Source: a virus
Length of the DNA: 46,231 bases
Virus record (IMG/VR): IMGVR_UViG_3300042090_001045
Strand: one strand, 5' to 3'
Positions 37,222 to 44,154 of the stretch are shown piece after piece (positions within the stretch are counted from its first letter, which is position 1; each line of letters opens with the position of its first letter). Both the position numbers and the translations under genes were made by a program. The notes beneath the pieces are model-generated. The model made no database searches. It was not told the origin of the DNA and worked only from the letters and a program-made list of their open reading frames with translations.

Positions 37222-37298
37222 TCTCCGAGACAAAGAAGGGCCAGAAGCCCGAAAGCGCCGAGCGCCATACCTGCAATGAAGAAAAGACCTTCAATCAT
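37218..37298 (-). CDS. Hydrophobic mini-protein (26 aa)
   Basis: Hand-translated MIEGLFFIAGMALGAFGLLALLCLGE. ATGA-coupled to the next mini-ORF. Confidence 0.35.
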   Translation of the reverse strand: MIEGLFFIAGMALGAFGLLALLCLGE

Positions 37299-37301
37299 GA
37301 T

Positions 37302-37766
37302 TCATCTCCCGAATAGGGCTGCTGTGAGTTGATCCATCGCCGGAGCGATATTTTGCGTTTTTACCTTTTTACTCTTTGCTACTCTACGCTGAACAGGTTC
37401 GTAAACTTCACCGTCAACTCGACCGTAAAAAGTGCGGTCTGCGACTTTTTTAATAGTGATTTCGGTTGCATGCCGCATAAGCGTTGCGCGGGCCAGTTCG
37501 TAACTCATACCGTCAAACATTTTGTGTATCTGGCCTGGAGTATAGAACTGATTCGGGTGCTCGTCTAAGAATGTTACAATTTTCTGCCAAGTAGAAATTT
37601 TGTTTTCTGGGCCTTTCGGGCCGAGTTTGTCTTTATACGCACGTTTAGCGATGGCGAAGTCTGTGCGGCTAGGGAACACGGCTTTAAGAGCTTCACTTGA
37701 CGCGTTATCACGCCACATCTTTTCAAGCAGCGCACGCTCTTGTAAAGACCAGTTAGGGGCTTTCAT
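37302..37766 (-). CDS. Hypothetical protein
   Basis: ORF 37302-37790 trimmed to the ATG preceded by GAGGAG (MKAPNWSLQE...). Confidence 0.55.
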   Translation of the reverse strand: MKAPNWSLQERALLEKMWRDNASSEALKAVFPSRTDFAIAKRAYKDKLGPKGPENKISTWQKIVTFLDEHPNQFYTPGQIHKMFDGMSYELARATLMRHATEITIKKVADRTFYGRVDGEVYEPVQRRVAKSKKVKTQNIAPAMDQLTAALFGR

Positions 37767-37848
37767 CGGTTTGCTCCTCGCAGGGGGCAATGATTAGCAC
37801 TGTGGCCTGATTGACCACACCACGTACATACTTGTCGGGTTGCGTAAG

Positions 37849-38259
37849 TCATTTTGCTTTTCCGTTGGCGGCAATGGCGGCGTACTCGTCCAGCAGCGTA
37901 TCGAGCATTTCTGCCGACAGCGCGCCGCGTGCTTGCCAGCCAGCGTAGAAGTTTTCAAAAGCATCGTTGCCGTACTGCCAACCTTTAAGGGCGAGCCACT
38001 GCTTCGCCACCTCCCGCTCATCCCCGCCCATTTTCGCGGGAGACGTGAGGGCTGGATAATCGCGTTGAACATCCGGCGTAAATTTTTCGATCACGAAACG
38101 CCGTGCAGCTTCCCCGTCGGCGCCCACCTGCGGCACATCTGCGGCGCGTTCGGCGTAGATTCCCGTGCGCTTGTCCGGGTCGCCATAGTGTTCACGCTCA
38201 AGCGCGGCGTAGTCAGGCTGCTGCGCATCTGCCATACCGCCGTTGTTGATCTCGCTCAT
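37849..38259 (-). CDS. Hypothetical protein
   Basis: 136-aa ORF, ATGA-coupled to the upstream gene. Confidence 0.55.
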   Translation of the reverse strand: MSEINNGGMADAQQPDYAALEREHYGDPDKRTGIYAERAADVPQVGADGEAARRFVIEKFTPDVQRDYPALTSPAKMGGDEREVAKQWLALKGWQYGNDAFENFYAGWQARGALSAEMLDTLLDEYAAIAANGKAK

Positions 38260-38510
38260 ACTTGTTGACCTCGCGTTTTGGAGAGAGCTGACGGATAAAC
38301 TGCGTAGAGCTCTTCATGGGCGCGCGGATTCTTGTATCCGGGGGCAGTCCAGCCCCAAATCATTCGCGCTTTTGTTTCCCAAGTTGTGAACTCGGGGTTC
38401 TCGTTATTCGGCATGATGTCGCGCGGGTCAGCAAATAGCGCAGCGAAGAACTGATCTTTGCTAACCGTAATCATTCCGTTCGGGATACCCGGTGTGCATT
38501 TATCAGTCAT
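38256..38510 (-). CDS. Hypothetical protein
   Basis: ORF trimmed to ATG 38510 (MTDKCTPG...) with AAGGGGG upstream. Confidence 0.5.
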   Translation of the reverse strand: MTDKCTPGIPNGMITVSKDQFFAALFADPRDIMPNNENPEFTTWETKARMIWGWTAPGYKNPRAHEELYAVYPSALSKTRGQQV

Positions 38511-38883
38511 GATGTACCCCCTTTGCCTTTTCGATGGCGGTGCGGGCATGAAACAAGCCGTCTAACTGTTTATCTGTAACTTCAATGCCCAGCGCGTCCA
38601 ACCATTCGATGACGGTTTCTCGGCTCACGCGCTCGCCTGTGAGGAACGACGAACCCTCTTCGGGATATTCGGCGTCCCATGCGTACAGCCCAGAGCCGCT
38701 ATGGCCACTTTCGTCGCCCATCTGCAATGCGATCTCGCCGTCGAGTTGATCGGTGTCGGTCGCACGATCCGGTGCGATGAGGTCGAGCGCTTCAAGCAAC
38801 TGCCAGCCGGTGAGAGTCAGCGGTGCAGGTTTCTCGCGCTCGCCGCCATTCACGGGTGCGGCGTTGGTGTAAGTATCTTTCAT
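38503..38883 (-). CDS. Hypothetical acidic protein
   Basis: 126-aa ORF with ATG start. Confidence 0.55.
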   Translation of the reverse strand: MKDTYTNAAPVNGGEREKPAPLTLTGWQLLEALDLIAPDRATDTDQLDGEIALQMGDESGHSGSGLYAWDAEYPEEGSSFLTGERVSRETVIEWLDALGIEVTDKQLDGLFHARTAIEKAKGVHHD

Positions 38884-38886
38884 GAT

Positions 38887-39078
38887 TTATCTCTCCTTCA
38901 AATTAGCCGCGCCGTAACGATCAACGTATTGGGCAAGCAGCACAATGGGTTTAGGAACGGGGCGTCTGCCGTATTCGTATTGCTTGAAACTTTGCAGTTC
39001 CACCCCTAACAGTTTAGCGGCGGCGGGTTGGGTTAGCGCATTCCGCAATCGCCATTCGCGGATTTGTTTAGGGGTCAT
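38887..39078 (-). CDS. Xre/Cro-type helix-turn-helix protein
   Basis: 63 aa. LTQPAAAKLLGVELQSFKQYEYGRRPVP is a classic HTH_3 pattern. Confidence 0.7.
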   Translation of the reverse strand: MTPKQIREWRLRNALTQPAAAKLLGVELQSFKQYEYGRRPVPKPIVLLAQYVDRYGAANLKER

Positions 39079-39087
39079 TTTATGTGC

Positions 39088-39185
39088 CTACCAGAAAAAT
39101 GCGATCAGGATTAACCCTAATACCGGCAACCAAGCTGGGGTTAGCGCGCACAAAATTAAAATTGCCGATTCAACTTTATAGTATT

Positions 39186-39189
<4 letters not shown>
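39088..39189 (-). CDS. Hydrophobic mini-protein (33 aa) ATGA-coupled to the last GY-repeat gene
   Basis: Hand-translated MKYYKVESAILILCALTPAWLPVLGLILIAFFW. Its start shares the conserved CGATGAAATAC junction. Confidence 0.45.
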
Positions 39190-39487
<298 letters not shown>

Positions 39488-39491
<4 letters not shown>

Positions 39492-39733
39492 CGCGTCACC
39501 ATTCGATAAGGGTACGCACCCCAGCCGTTGCCGTAGCCGTAGCCGTAGCCGTAGCCGTGGCCGTCGCCGTAGCCGTAGCCGTAGCCGTCGCCGTAGCCGT
39601 CGCCGTTGCCGTTGCCGTTGCCGTAGCCGTAGCCGTAGCCGTAGCCGTCGCCGTAGCCGTTGCCGTCGCCGTGGCCGTGGCCGTGGCCGTGGCCGTGGCC
39701 GTTGCCGTGGCCGTGGCCGTCTGGGTATTTCAT
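39488..39733 (-). CDS. (Gly-X)n GY-repeat protein A2 (81 aa), with N-terminal Gly-His tract
   Basis: MKYPDGHGHGNGHGHGHGHGHGDG...GWGAYPYRMVTR. ATGA overlaps at both ends. Confidence 0.75.
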
Positions 39734-40005
39734 CGCGTCACCATTCGGTAAGGGTAAGCGCCCCAGCCGTAGCCGCTGCCGTTGCCGCTGCCGTTGCCGT
39801 CGCCGTTGCCGTAGCCGTAGCCGTAGCCGTAGCCGTCGCCGTAGCCGTTGCCGTAGCCGTAGCCGTCGCCGTAGCCGTAGCAGTAGCCGTAGCCGCTGCC
39901 GTTGCCGTAGCCGTCGCCGTAGCCGTCGCCGTAGCCGTTGCCGTAGCCGTTGCCGTAGCAGTAGCCGCTGCCGTTGCCGTCGCCGTAGCCCTTTGGGTAT
40001 TTCAT
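39730..40005 (-). CDS. (Gly-X)n GY-repeat protein A3 (91 aa)
   Basis: ORF 39730-40074 trimmed to ATG 40005 (MKYPKGYGDGNG...GWGAYPYRMVTR). That ATG overlaps the TGA of the vWA gene (ATGA). Confidence 0.75.
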   Translation of the reverse strand: MKYPKGYGDGNGSGYCYGNGYGNGYGDGYGDGYGNGSGYGYCYGYGDGYGYGNGYGDGYGYGYGYGNGDGNGSGNGSGYGWGAYPYRMVTR

Positions 40006-41057
40006 CGAGTCACCACATCTACGCCGCCGAGCGCCGCCGCCAATTTGGTAGCCCCGCAACCTATCGGCACACACAGGACTTTGCTTTTTTGTTTGTGGAC
40101 TCCTTCCGGCACCGGGTCACCGTCCGTAATGACAATGGCAAGTTTCGGTGTGGTTTTTTGCAGATGTTGAGAAATCAAATGATAAGGCGTATCACCTCCG
40201 CCGCCCGGGTCTTTGGCTACGAGTTTCCCGTTGCCAAAAAACCACACATCAGCGCGGATGGTCGCGCCGTACCGTTGCAAGAGCGCACGCAATTGGCTTT
40301 CTGCATGCGCGGTTTTCTCGGCGGTGAACGAACCGCTGCGGTCAACGAATATCTCTACGAGTGGCGGACGTGGTGTTGAGACCGCGCCCGCCGCCAAGAT
40401 ACTGCTATCCTGGTGGCGACGCGACGGGCGGCGGTAAGACTTTTCCCGGGTTACGCGCGAACGGAGCGCAGCATCCACTTCGTCGGTAAGCGTAGGCGGG
40501 CGGTTCTTTGCCAAAGCATAGGCACTAGCAGCCGCAGCTTGAGCCTCTTTTGCGTTTTCTTCCGCGTCCAGCTTCTCCCGCACCGCTTGGAGCACGCCGA
40601 TATCAGCAGGGGCGGCGCTTTCTCCCCCTTGCCCGTCGCCCGAGCAGCAACTGCAACACATTTTAGCCGTCTGCGGTTGTTGCTCGGGGTTGTCGAGAAG
40701 CCACTGATAAATATCTTCGGCCAACACAACATCGGGCGGCAAGCCCTCGTAAGTGTCAGGGAGATAGCCGCCCGTCAGCCGTGAGCGGGGCGCAGTGATA
40801 TTTTGAATATCTTGCTCATCGTAAATCGTGCGAGCAATTTCCATTTCACACGCCGCCGCCCACACGTCGTGGCGGCAGTCCTTGGGCGTACGCGCGTTGT
40901 GCCGCGCCCACACATGCGCTTGTTCGTGGCGCAGTGTCGTGCGGTATTCGGGCTTGTTGAGTTCGGACGCGATATAGATGCGCGTAAAATCCGTCATACC
41001 CGGCGCGCCGATCTCTTCCAAGGGCTTGCGTACAACAGGGGCGGCGGTGAGTTCCAT
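40002..41057 (-). CDS. vWA-domain protein with N-terminal HExxH metallopeptidase-like domain (DUF2201-type architecture)
   Basis: 351 aa. HEQAHV zinc motif, a central Cys cluster (MCCSCCSGDG), MIDAS-like VDRSGS and VITDGD in the C-terminal half. Confidence 0.8.
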   Translation of the reverse strand: MELTAAPVVRKPLEEIGAPGMTDFTRIYIASELNKPEYRTTLRHEQAHVWARHNARTPKDCRHDVWAAACEMEIARTIYDEQDIQNITAPRSRLTGGYLPDTYEGLPPDVVLAEDIYQWLLDNPEQQPQTAKMCCSCCSGDGQGGESAAPADIGVLQAVREKLDAEENAKEAQAAAASAYALAKNRPPTLTDEVDAALRSRVTREKSYRRPSRRHQDSSILAAGAVSTPRPPLVEIFVDRSGSFTAEKTAHAESQLRALLQRYGATIRADVWFFGNGKLVAKDPGGGGDTPYHLISQHLQKTTPKLAIVITDGDPVPEGVHKQKSKVLCVPIGCGATKLAAALGGVDVVTR

Positions 41058-41840
41058 TTAGACCCTCAGAATTTTGGCGGTTTTGGCGGCAACGCCGGAA
41101 CGGCGAACCGAAGACGTAGCCTTACTCAACACCTCATTATCCGCTTTGCGGATGAAGTGCATGATTTGGCTGGCGGTAGCGGGCGTCAGCAGGCCGCGAA
41201 CCAACGTATCGACGCTATCTTCTTCGGCACCGCGTTGGATCGCCTGAAGGGCCATTGCCAGTGTGCGGGGCGTGGTGATACGACGATCGAGCCCTTCGCC
41301 AGTCATATCAAATACCGGCATCTCGCCATTGCGCACGCTTTCGATCACACGGTTAGCCGCGGGCGTATTGAACTTCGTCTTCGCCCATGCTGCCCACTTA
41401 CCCACGTCCGGTACGTAATCGATCACTGCGAACCGGGAAAGCATGGCGTCGCCAATCCCGTCGCCCCCGCCGAATTCGGGCGGGTTAGCGGCCGCAACGA
41501 TACAAGTATCCTCGGGCAGCGCCGCCGAGCCGACTTGCCGAGATGCGACGAGCGTGAGCAAAGTGTCGGCTACCGAGCGGCGAGCCTTGTCCAGTTCGTC
41601 AAGAAAGAGCACCGTAGTCTTCCCGGCGGCGCTCGCCTCGTGCAGACGGCGAAAGATGCTTGGCACGGTGCGGTAATCGTAATCCCCCTCGCGGTACGGA
41701 AGGCCTGCGATATCTTCCTCAACCAAGGTGGAAGTCAATACGATTTCTGCGTGTTCGAAATGGGCGCGCACACTTGCGGTTTTGCCCACGCCCGGCGCGC
41801 CTACCAACAGCACAGGAATTTCCGGCGAAAACAGGTTCAT
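41058..41840 (-). CDS. MoxR-like AAA+ ATPase
   Basis: 260 aa. Walker A LLVGAPGVGKT, Walker B VLFLDELD. Directly precedes the vWA partner gene. Confidence 0.8.
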   Translation of the reverse strand: MNLFSPEIPVLLVGAPGVGKTASVRAHFEHAEIVLTSTLVEEDIAGLPYREGDYDYRTVPSIFRRLHEASAAGKTTVLFLDELDKARRSVADTLLTLVASRQVGSAALPEDTCIVAAANPPEFGGGDGIGDAMLSRFAVIDYVPDVGKWAAWAKTKFNTPAANRVIESVRNGEMPVFDMTGEGLDRRITTPRTLAMALQAIQRGAEEDSVDTLVRGLLTPATASQIMHFIRKADNEVLSKATSSVRRSGVAAKTAKILRV

Positions 41841-42337
41841 GATGGGTTCCTCAAATTAAGTAAATATTGTTCACGAGCATCGCGGGCTTCTTCCGGGGTG
41901 CGATAAGTGCCTATATGTTTCGAAATACCGTTTATGCATACTTGGGCGCGGAATCCAGTCCCGTTACGACTTACTCCTATGTAAGGTATTTCTCCGTAAG
42001 CAACGTGCATGTTTTGCATATTGATCGTTTGAGGTACGTCGCGAAGGTTAATAAACCGGTTATCGTTTTTTACTCCGTTGATGTGGTCTATGTGGAATTT
42101 AGGCCAATTACCGGTTTGCAGCGCCCAAGCTACCCGGTGCGCAAAATACTCTTTGCGTTTCAAGATTACCTTCACATATCCGCCAACTGTTATTTTCCCA
42201 GCGGGTCGGTCTAAATACCTCCCGCTTCCAGAAAACCGCCACCATAAATCGCCGGTGGCGGGGTCGTAACGCATATGCTCACGGAAAACGTTTAACGTTT
42301 CTTCGGTTTCTTTTGCCGCCCGCTGTTCAAACGTCAT
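41837..42337 (-). CDS. HNH endonuclease with AP2 domain (second copy in the genome)
   Basis: ORF trimmed to ATG 42337. HIDHINGVKNDNRFINLRDV HNH core and an AP2-like YIGVSRNGTGFRAQVCINGISKHIGTYRTPEEARDAREQY. ATGA-coupled to the AAA+ gene. Confidence 0.8.
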   Translation of the reverse strand: MTFEQRAAKETEETLNVFREHMRYDPATGDLWWRFSGSGRYLDRPAGKITVGGYVKVILKRKEYFAHRVAWALQTGNWPKFHIDHINGVKNDNRFINLRDVPQTINMQNMHVAYGEIPYIGVSRNGTGFRAQVCINGISKHIGTYRTPEEARDAREQYLLNLRNPS

Positions 42338-42385
42338 TTTCCTGTCCAAGATGTTTAAAGGATCAGGATATCACAATTCAAGGGA

Positions 42386-42661
42386 TCAGCGCAAGGTGGA
42401 GCCTTTGAAGGCGTACAGATCAACTGAGTCCGCGATTGCATACACCGCCGAGATCGGAAACAGCACTTCGGTTTCCGGATCGAAACGGTCAAGATTGACC
42501 GTCATGTCTTTGTCGCCGCGTGCGAGGCCGGGCATGCCTTTGCCCCCGGAGAAGCCACCAAACATAGCGGCGTTCTTGAGCGCCACATAGCCTTCCGGCG
42601 CGGTCACCTCAGTGCCGAAGTAGTAGAAGCCACCGGCAACCGTTACGATTTTCGTGTTCAT
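42386..42661 (-). CDS. Hypothetical protein
   Basis: 91-aa ORF with ATG start and GAGGAA upstream. Confidence 0.55.
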   Translation of the reverse strand: MNTKIVTVAGGFYYFGTEVTAPEGYVALKNAAMFGGFSGGKGMPGLARGDKDMTVNLDRFDPETEVLFPISAVYAIADSVDLYAFKGSTLR

Positions 42662-42719
42662 TTTGATTTCCTCAGAAAGTTAGGTACTACAGGGTTTTGG
42701 GCTTTGCGGCCCGGTTAGG

Positions 42720-42803
42720 TTACTTACTAAGCCACAACGCCAACCCTACGACAACGGCTAAAGCTGTAGCGTGGATCAAACCGGCGATTAGGGGAATCAG
42801 CAT
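42720..42803 (-). CDS. Hydrophobic mini-protein (27 aa)
   Basis: Hand-translated MLIPLIAGLIHATALAVVVGLALWLSK. RBS AAGGAG 7 nt upstream. Confidence 0.4.
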   Translation of the reverse strand: MLIPLIAGLIHATALAVVVGLALWLSK

Positions 42804-42839
42804 TTCGTTTGCTCCTTGCGGTTGGCTTGTTTGCTTACT

Positions 42840-43270
42840 GTGAGTCTATGGTAGTCTATGACTACTTTTTGATGCTAATTGATTTTAGCTATGTGATTTT
42901 AGGATTGATCGTTGATCGCTATGCGAATGCGTAATTCTTGCGAGTTTGTAGTCAGTAGCCAAGCTTTTGGACGTTTGTAGCATACCGGTCTGCTACGCGG
43001 AAACCCTTGCGGCGTGGGCGTTTGCGGGAGTGTAGCTAACGTAGTCAACCTATTACTATTAATTTGATTATATATAGGGAGAGGGGGGTACATAGCTACG
43101 CCGTAGACAGTGCATAAATATGTGTAGGGGTAATTAATAGGGTTTTTGCGACTACATTGACTACAAATCGCTGGAACCCCTTATGCGGCGCGGGTTTCGG
43201 CGTAGTTGTCCGGTACGACTACATTCAGCTACTACAACTACATTGACTACAATGCGTAATTTTTGCGGGT
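42840..43270. promoter_or_regulatory. Non-coding block rich in GACTAC/GTAGTC iterons and palindromes, with an AT-rich core (origin and/or operator cluster candidate)
   Basis: GTAGTCtatGACTAC (42851-42865); tandem TTGATCG x2 (42904-42917); AT-rich tattactattaatttgattatatatag (43051-43078); GACTACAttGACTACAA (43150-43166); GACTACAttcagctACTACAACTACAttGACTACAA (43217-43252); ATGCGTAATTyTTGCGrGTTT twice (about 42925 and about 43251). Confidence 0.6.
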
Positions 43271-43285
43271 TTCGCAAGGGGAGCG

Positions 43286-43315
43286 TGAAAAGAGAAACGG
43301 CCCTTGCGGGCCGTT
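43286..43315 (-). terminator. Rho-independent terminator ending the second GY-array operon
   Basis: Minus sense: AACGGCCC-GCAA-GGGCCGTT followed by TCTCTTTTC. Lies about 15 nt after the stop of the 35-aa ORF. Confidence 0.75.
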
Positions 43316-43331
43316 AGGGGTTGGGGCGGTG

Positions 43332-43439
43332 TTAGAAGAACATTTTGGATATAGCTAACGCAGCGAACGCTATCATGAAAATACTGGCGCTCAGCACAAA
43401 CACGCAGAAACAAAAACGTTCAAATTTACCCATTTTCAT
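43332..43439 (-). CDS. Hydrophobic mini-protein (35 aa)
   Basis: Hand-translated MKMGKFERFCFCVFVLSASIFMIAFAALAISKMFF. ATGA-coupled to the upstream mini-ORF. Confidence 0.4.
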   Translation of the reverse strand: MKMGKFERFCFCVFVLSASIFMIAFAALAISKMFF

Positions 43440-43573
43440 TCTCCGTAATTGGTTTCCCACCAAGCGCTCAGCAGGCTGGCTATGCCGCATGCGATAGCCC
43501 ACTGGATAAGGATTGAGCCGTCGTACAACAGACCGCAGCCCAAACTGATACAGAAAATTGCTACGTAATGCAT
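43436..43573 (-). CDS. Hydrophobic mini-protein (45 aa)
   Basis: Hand-translated MHYVAIFCISLGCGLLYDGSILIQWAIACGIASLLSAWWETNYGE. GAGGAA 7 nt upstream. Confidence 0.4.
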   Translation of the reverse strand: MHYVAIFCISLGCGLLYDGSILIQWAIACGIASLLSAWWETNYGE

Positions 43574-43583
43574 TTTGTGTTCC

Positions 43584-43640
43584 TCATCGCGTTATTAAAT
43601 GGTAGGGGTAACGGACCCAGCCGCCGTCTGGGTAGTTCAT
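43584..43640 (-). CDS. Cap-only mini-ORF of the GY family (18 aa; possibly a repeat-collapsed remnant)
   Basis: MNYPDG-GWVRYPYHLITR: N-cap joined directly to a diverged C-cap with no repeat body. ATGA-coupled to B2 through the same 55-nt junction used between B1 and B2. Confidence 0.4.
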   Translation of the reverse strand: MNYPDGGWVRYPYHLITR

Positions 43641-43918
43641 CTCGTCACCATTCGGTAAGGGTACGCACCCCAGCCGTCGCCGCCGCCGTAGCCGTAGCCG
43701 TAGCTGTAGCCGTAGCTGTAGCCGTAGCCGTTGCCGTAGCCGTAGCTGTAGCCGTAGCTGTAGCCGTAGCCGTTGCCGTCGCCGTAGCCGTCGCCGTAGC
43801 CGTAGCCGTCGCCGTCGCCGTAGCCGTAGCCGTCGCCGTCGCCGTCGCCGCCGCCGTCGCCGCCGCCGTCGCCGTAGCCGTTGCCGTTGCCGTCGCCGTA
43901 GCCGTCTGGGTAGTTCAT
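43637..43918 (-). CDS. (Gly-X)n GY-repeat protein B2 (93 aa)
   Basis: MNYPDGYGDGNGNGYGDGGGDGGGDGDGDGYGYG...YSYGYSYGYGYGGGDGWGAYPYRMVTR. ATGA overlaps at both ends. Confidence 0.75.
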   Translation of the reverse strand: MNYPDGYGDGNGNGYGDGGGDGGGDGDGDGYGYGDGDGYGYGDGYGDGNGYGYSYGYSYGYGNGYGYSYGYSYGYGYGGGDGWGAYPYRMVTR

Positions 43919-44154
43919 CTCGTCACCATTCGGTAAGGGTACGCACCCCAGCCGTAGCCGTAGCCGCCGCAGATCGCCCCGCCGCCGCCGTAGCTGTCGC
44001 CGTCGCCGTCGCCGTCGCCGTAGCCGTAGCCGGTGCCGTAGCCGTCGCCGTAGCCGTCGCCGTAGCCGTAGCCGTAGCCGCAGCCGTAGCCGTAGCCGTC
44101 GCCGTAGCCGTTGCCGTAGCCGTTGCCGTAGCCGTTGCCCTTTGGGTATTTCAT
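43915..44154 (-). CDS. (Gly-X)n GY-repeat protein B1 (79 aa)
   Basis: ORF trimmed to ATG 44154 (MKYPKGNGYGNG...GGGGAICGGYGYGWGAYPYRMVTR). That ATG overlaps the TGA of the upstream membrane-protein gene. Confidence 0.75.
   Translation of the reverse strand: MKYPKGNGYGNGYGNGYGDGYGYGCGYGYGYGDGYGDGYGTGYGYGDGDGDGDSYGGGGAICGGYGYGWGAYPYRMVTR

Noticed and set aside
39660-40379. 239-aa plus-strand ORF rich in Pro-Trp then Arg/Ser/Cys
   Set aside because: It is an out-of-frame reading of the same hexamer tract, continuing antisense into the vWA gene. No start context and implausible composition.
40803-41906. 367-aa plus-strand ORF opposite the AAA+/vWA genes
   Set aside because: It is antisense to two genes with clear Walker, MIDAS and HExxH motifs. 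Arg-rich and with no motif of its own.
42899-43413. ORFs 42899-43093 (-) and 43225-43413 (-) in the iteron region
   Set aside because: They have no RBS and odd composition. The second overlaps the better-supported 35-aa ORF in another frame and runs through the terminator hairpin at 43296-43315, and both span the repeat/AT-rich elements. Treated as non-coding.
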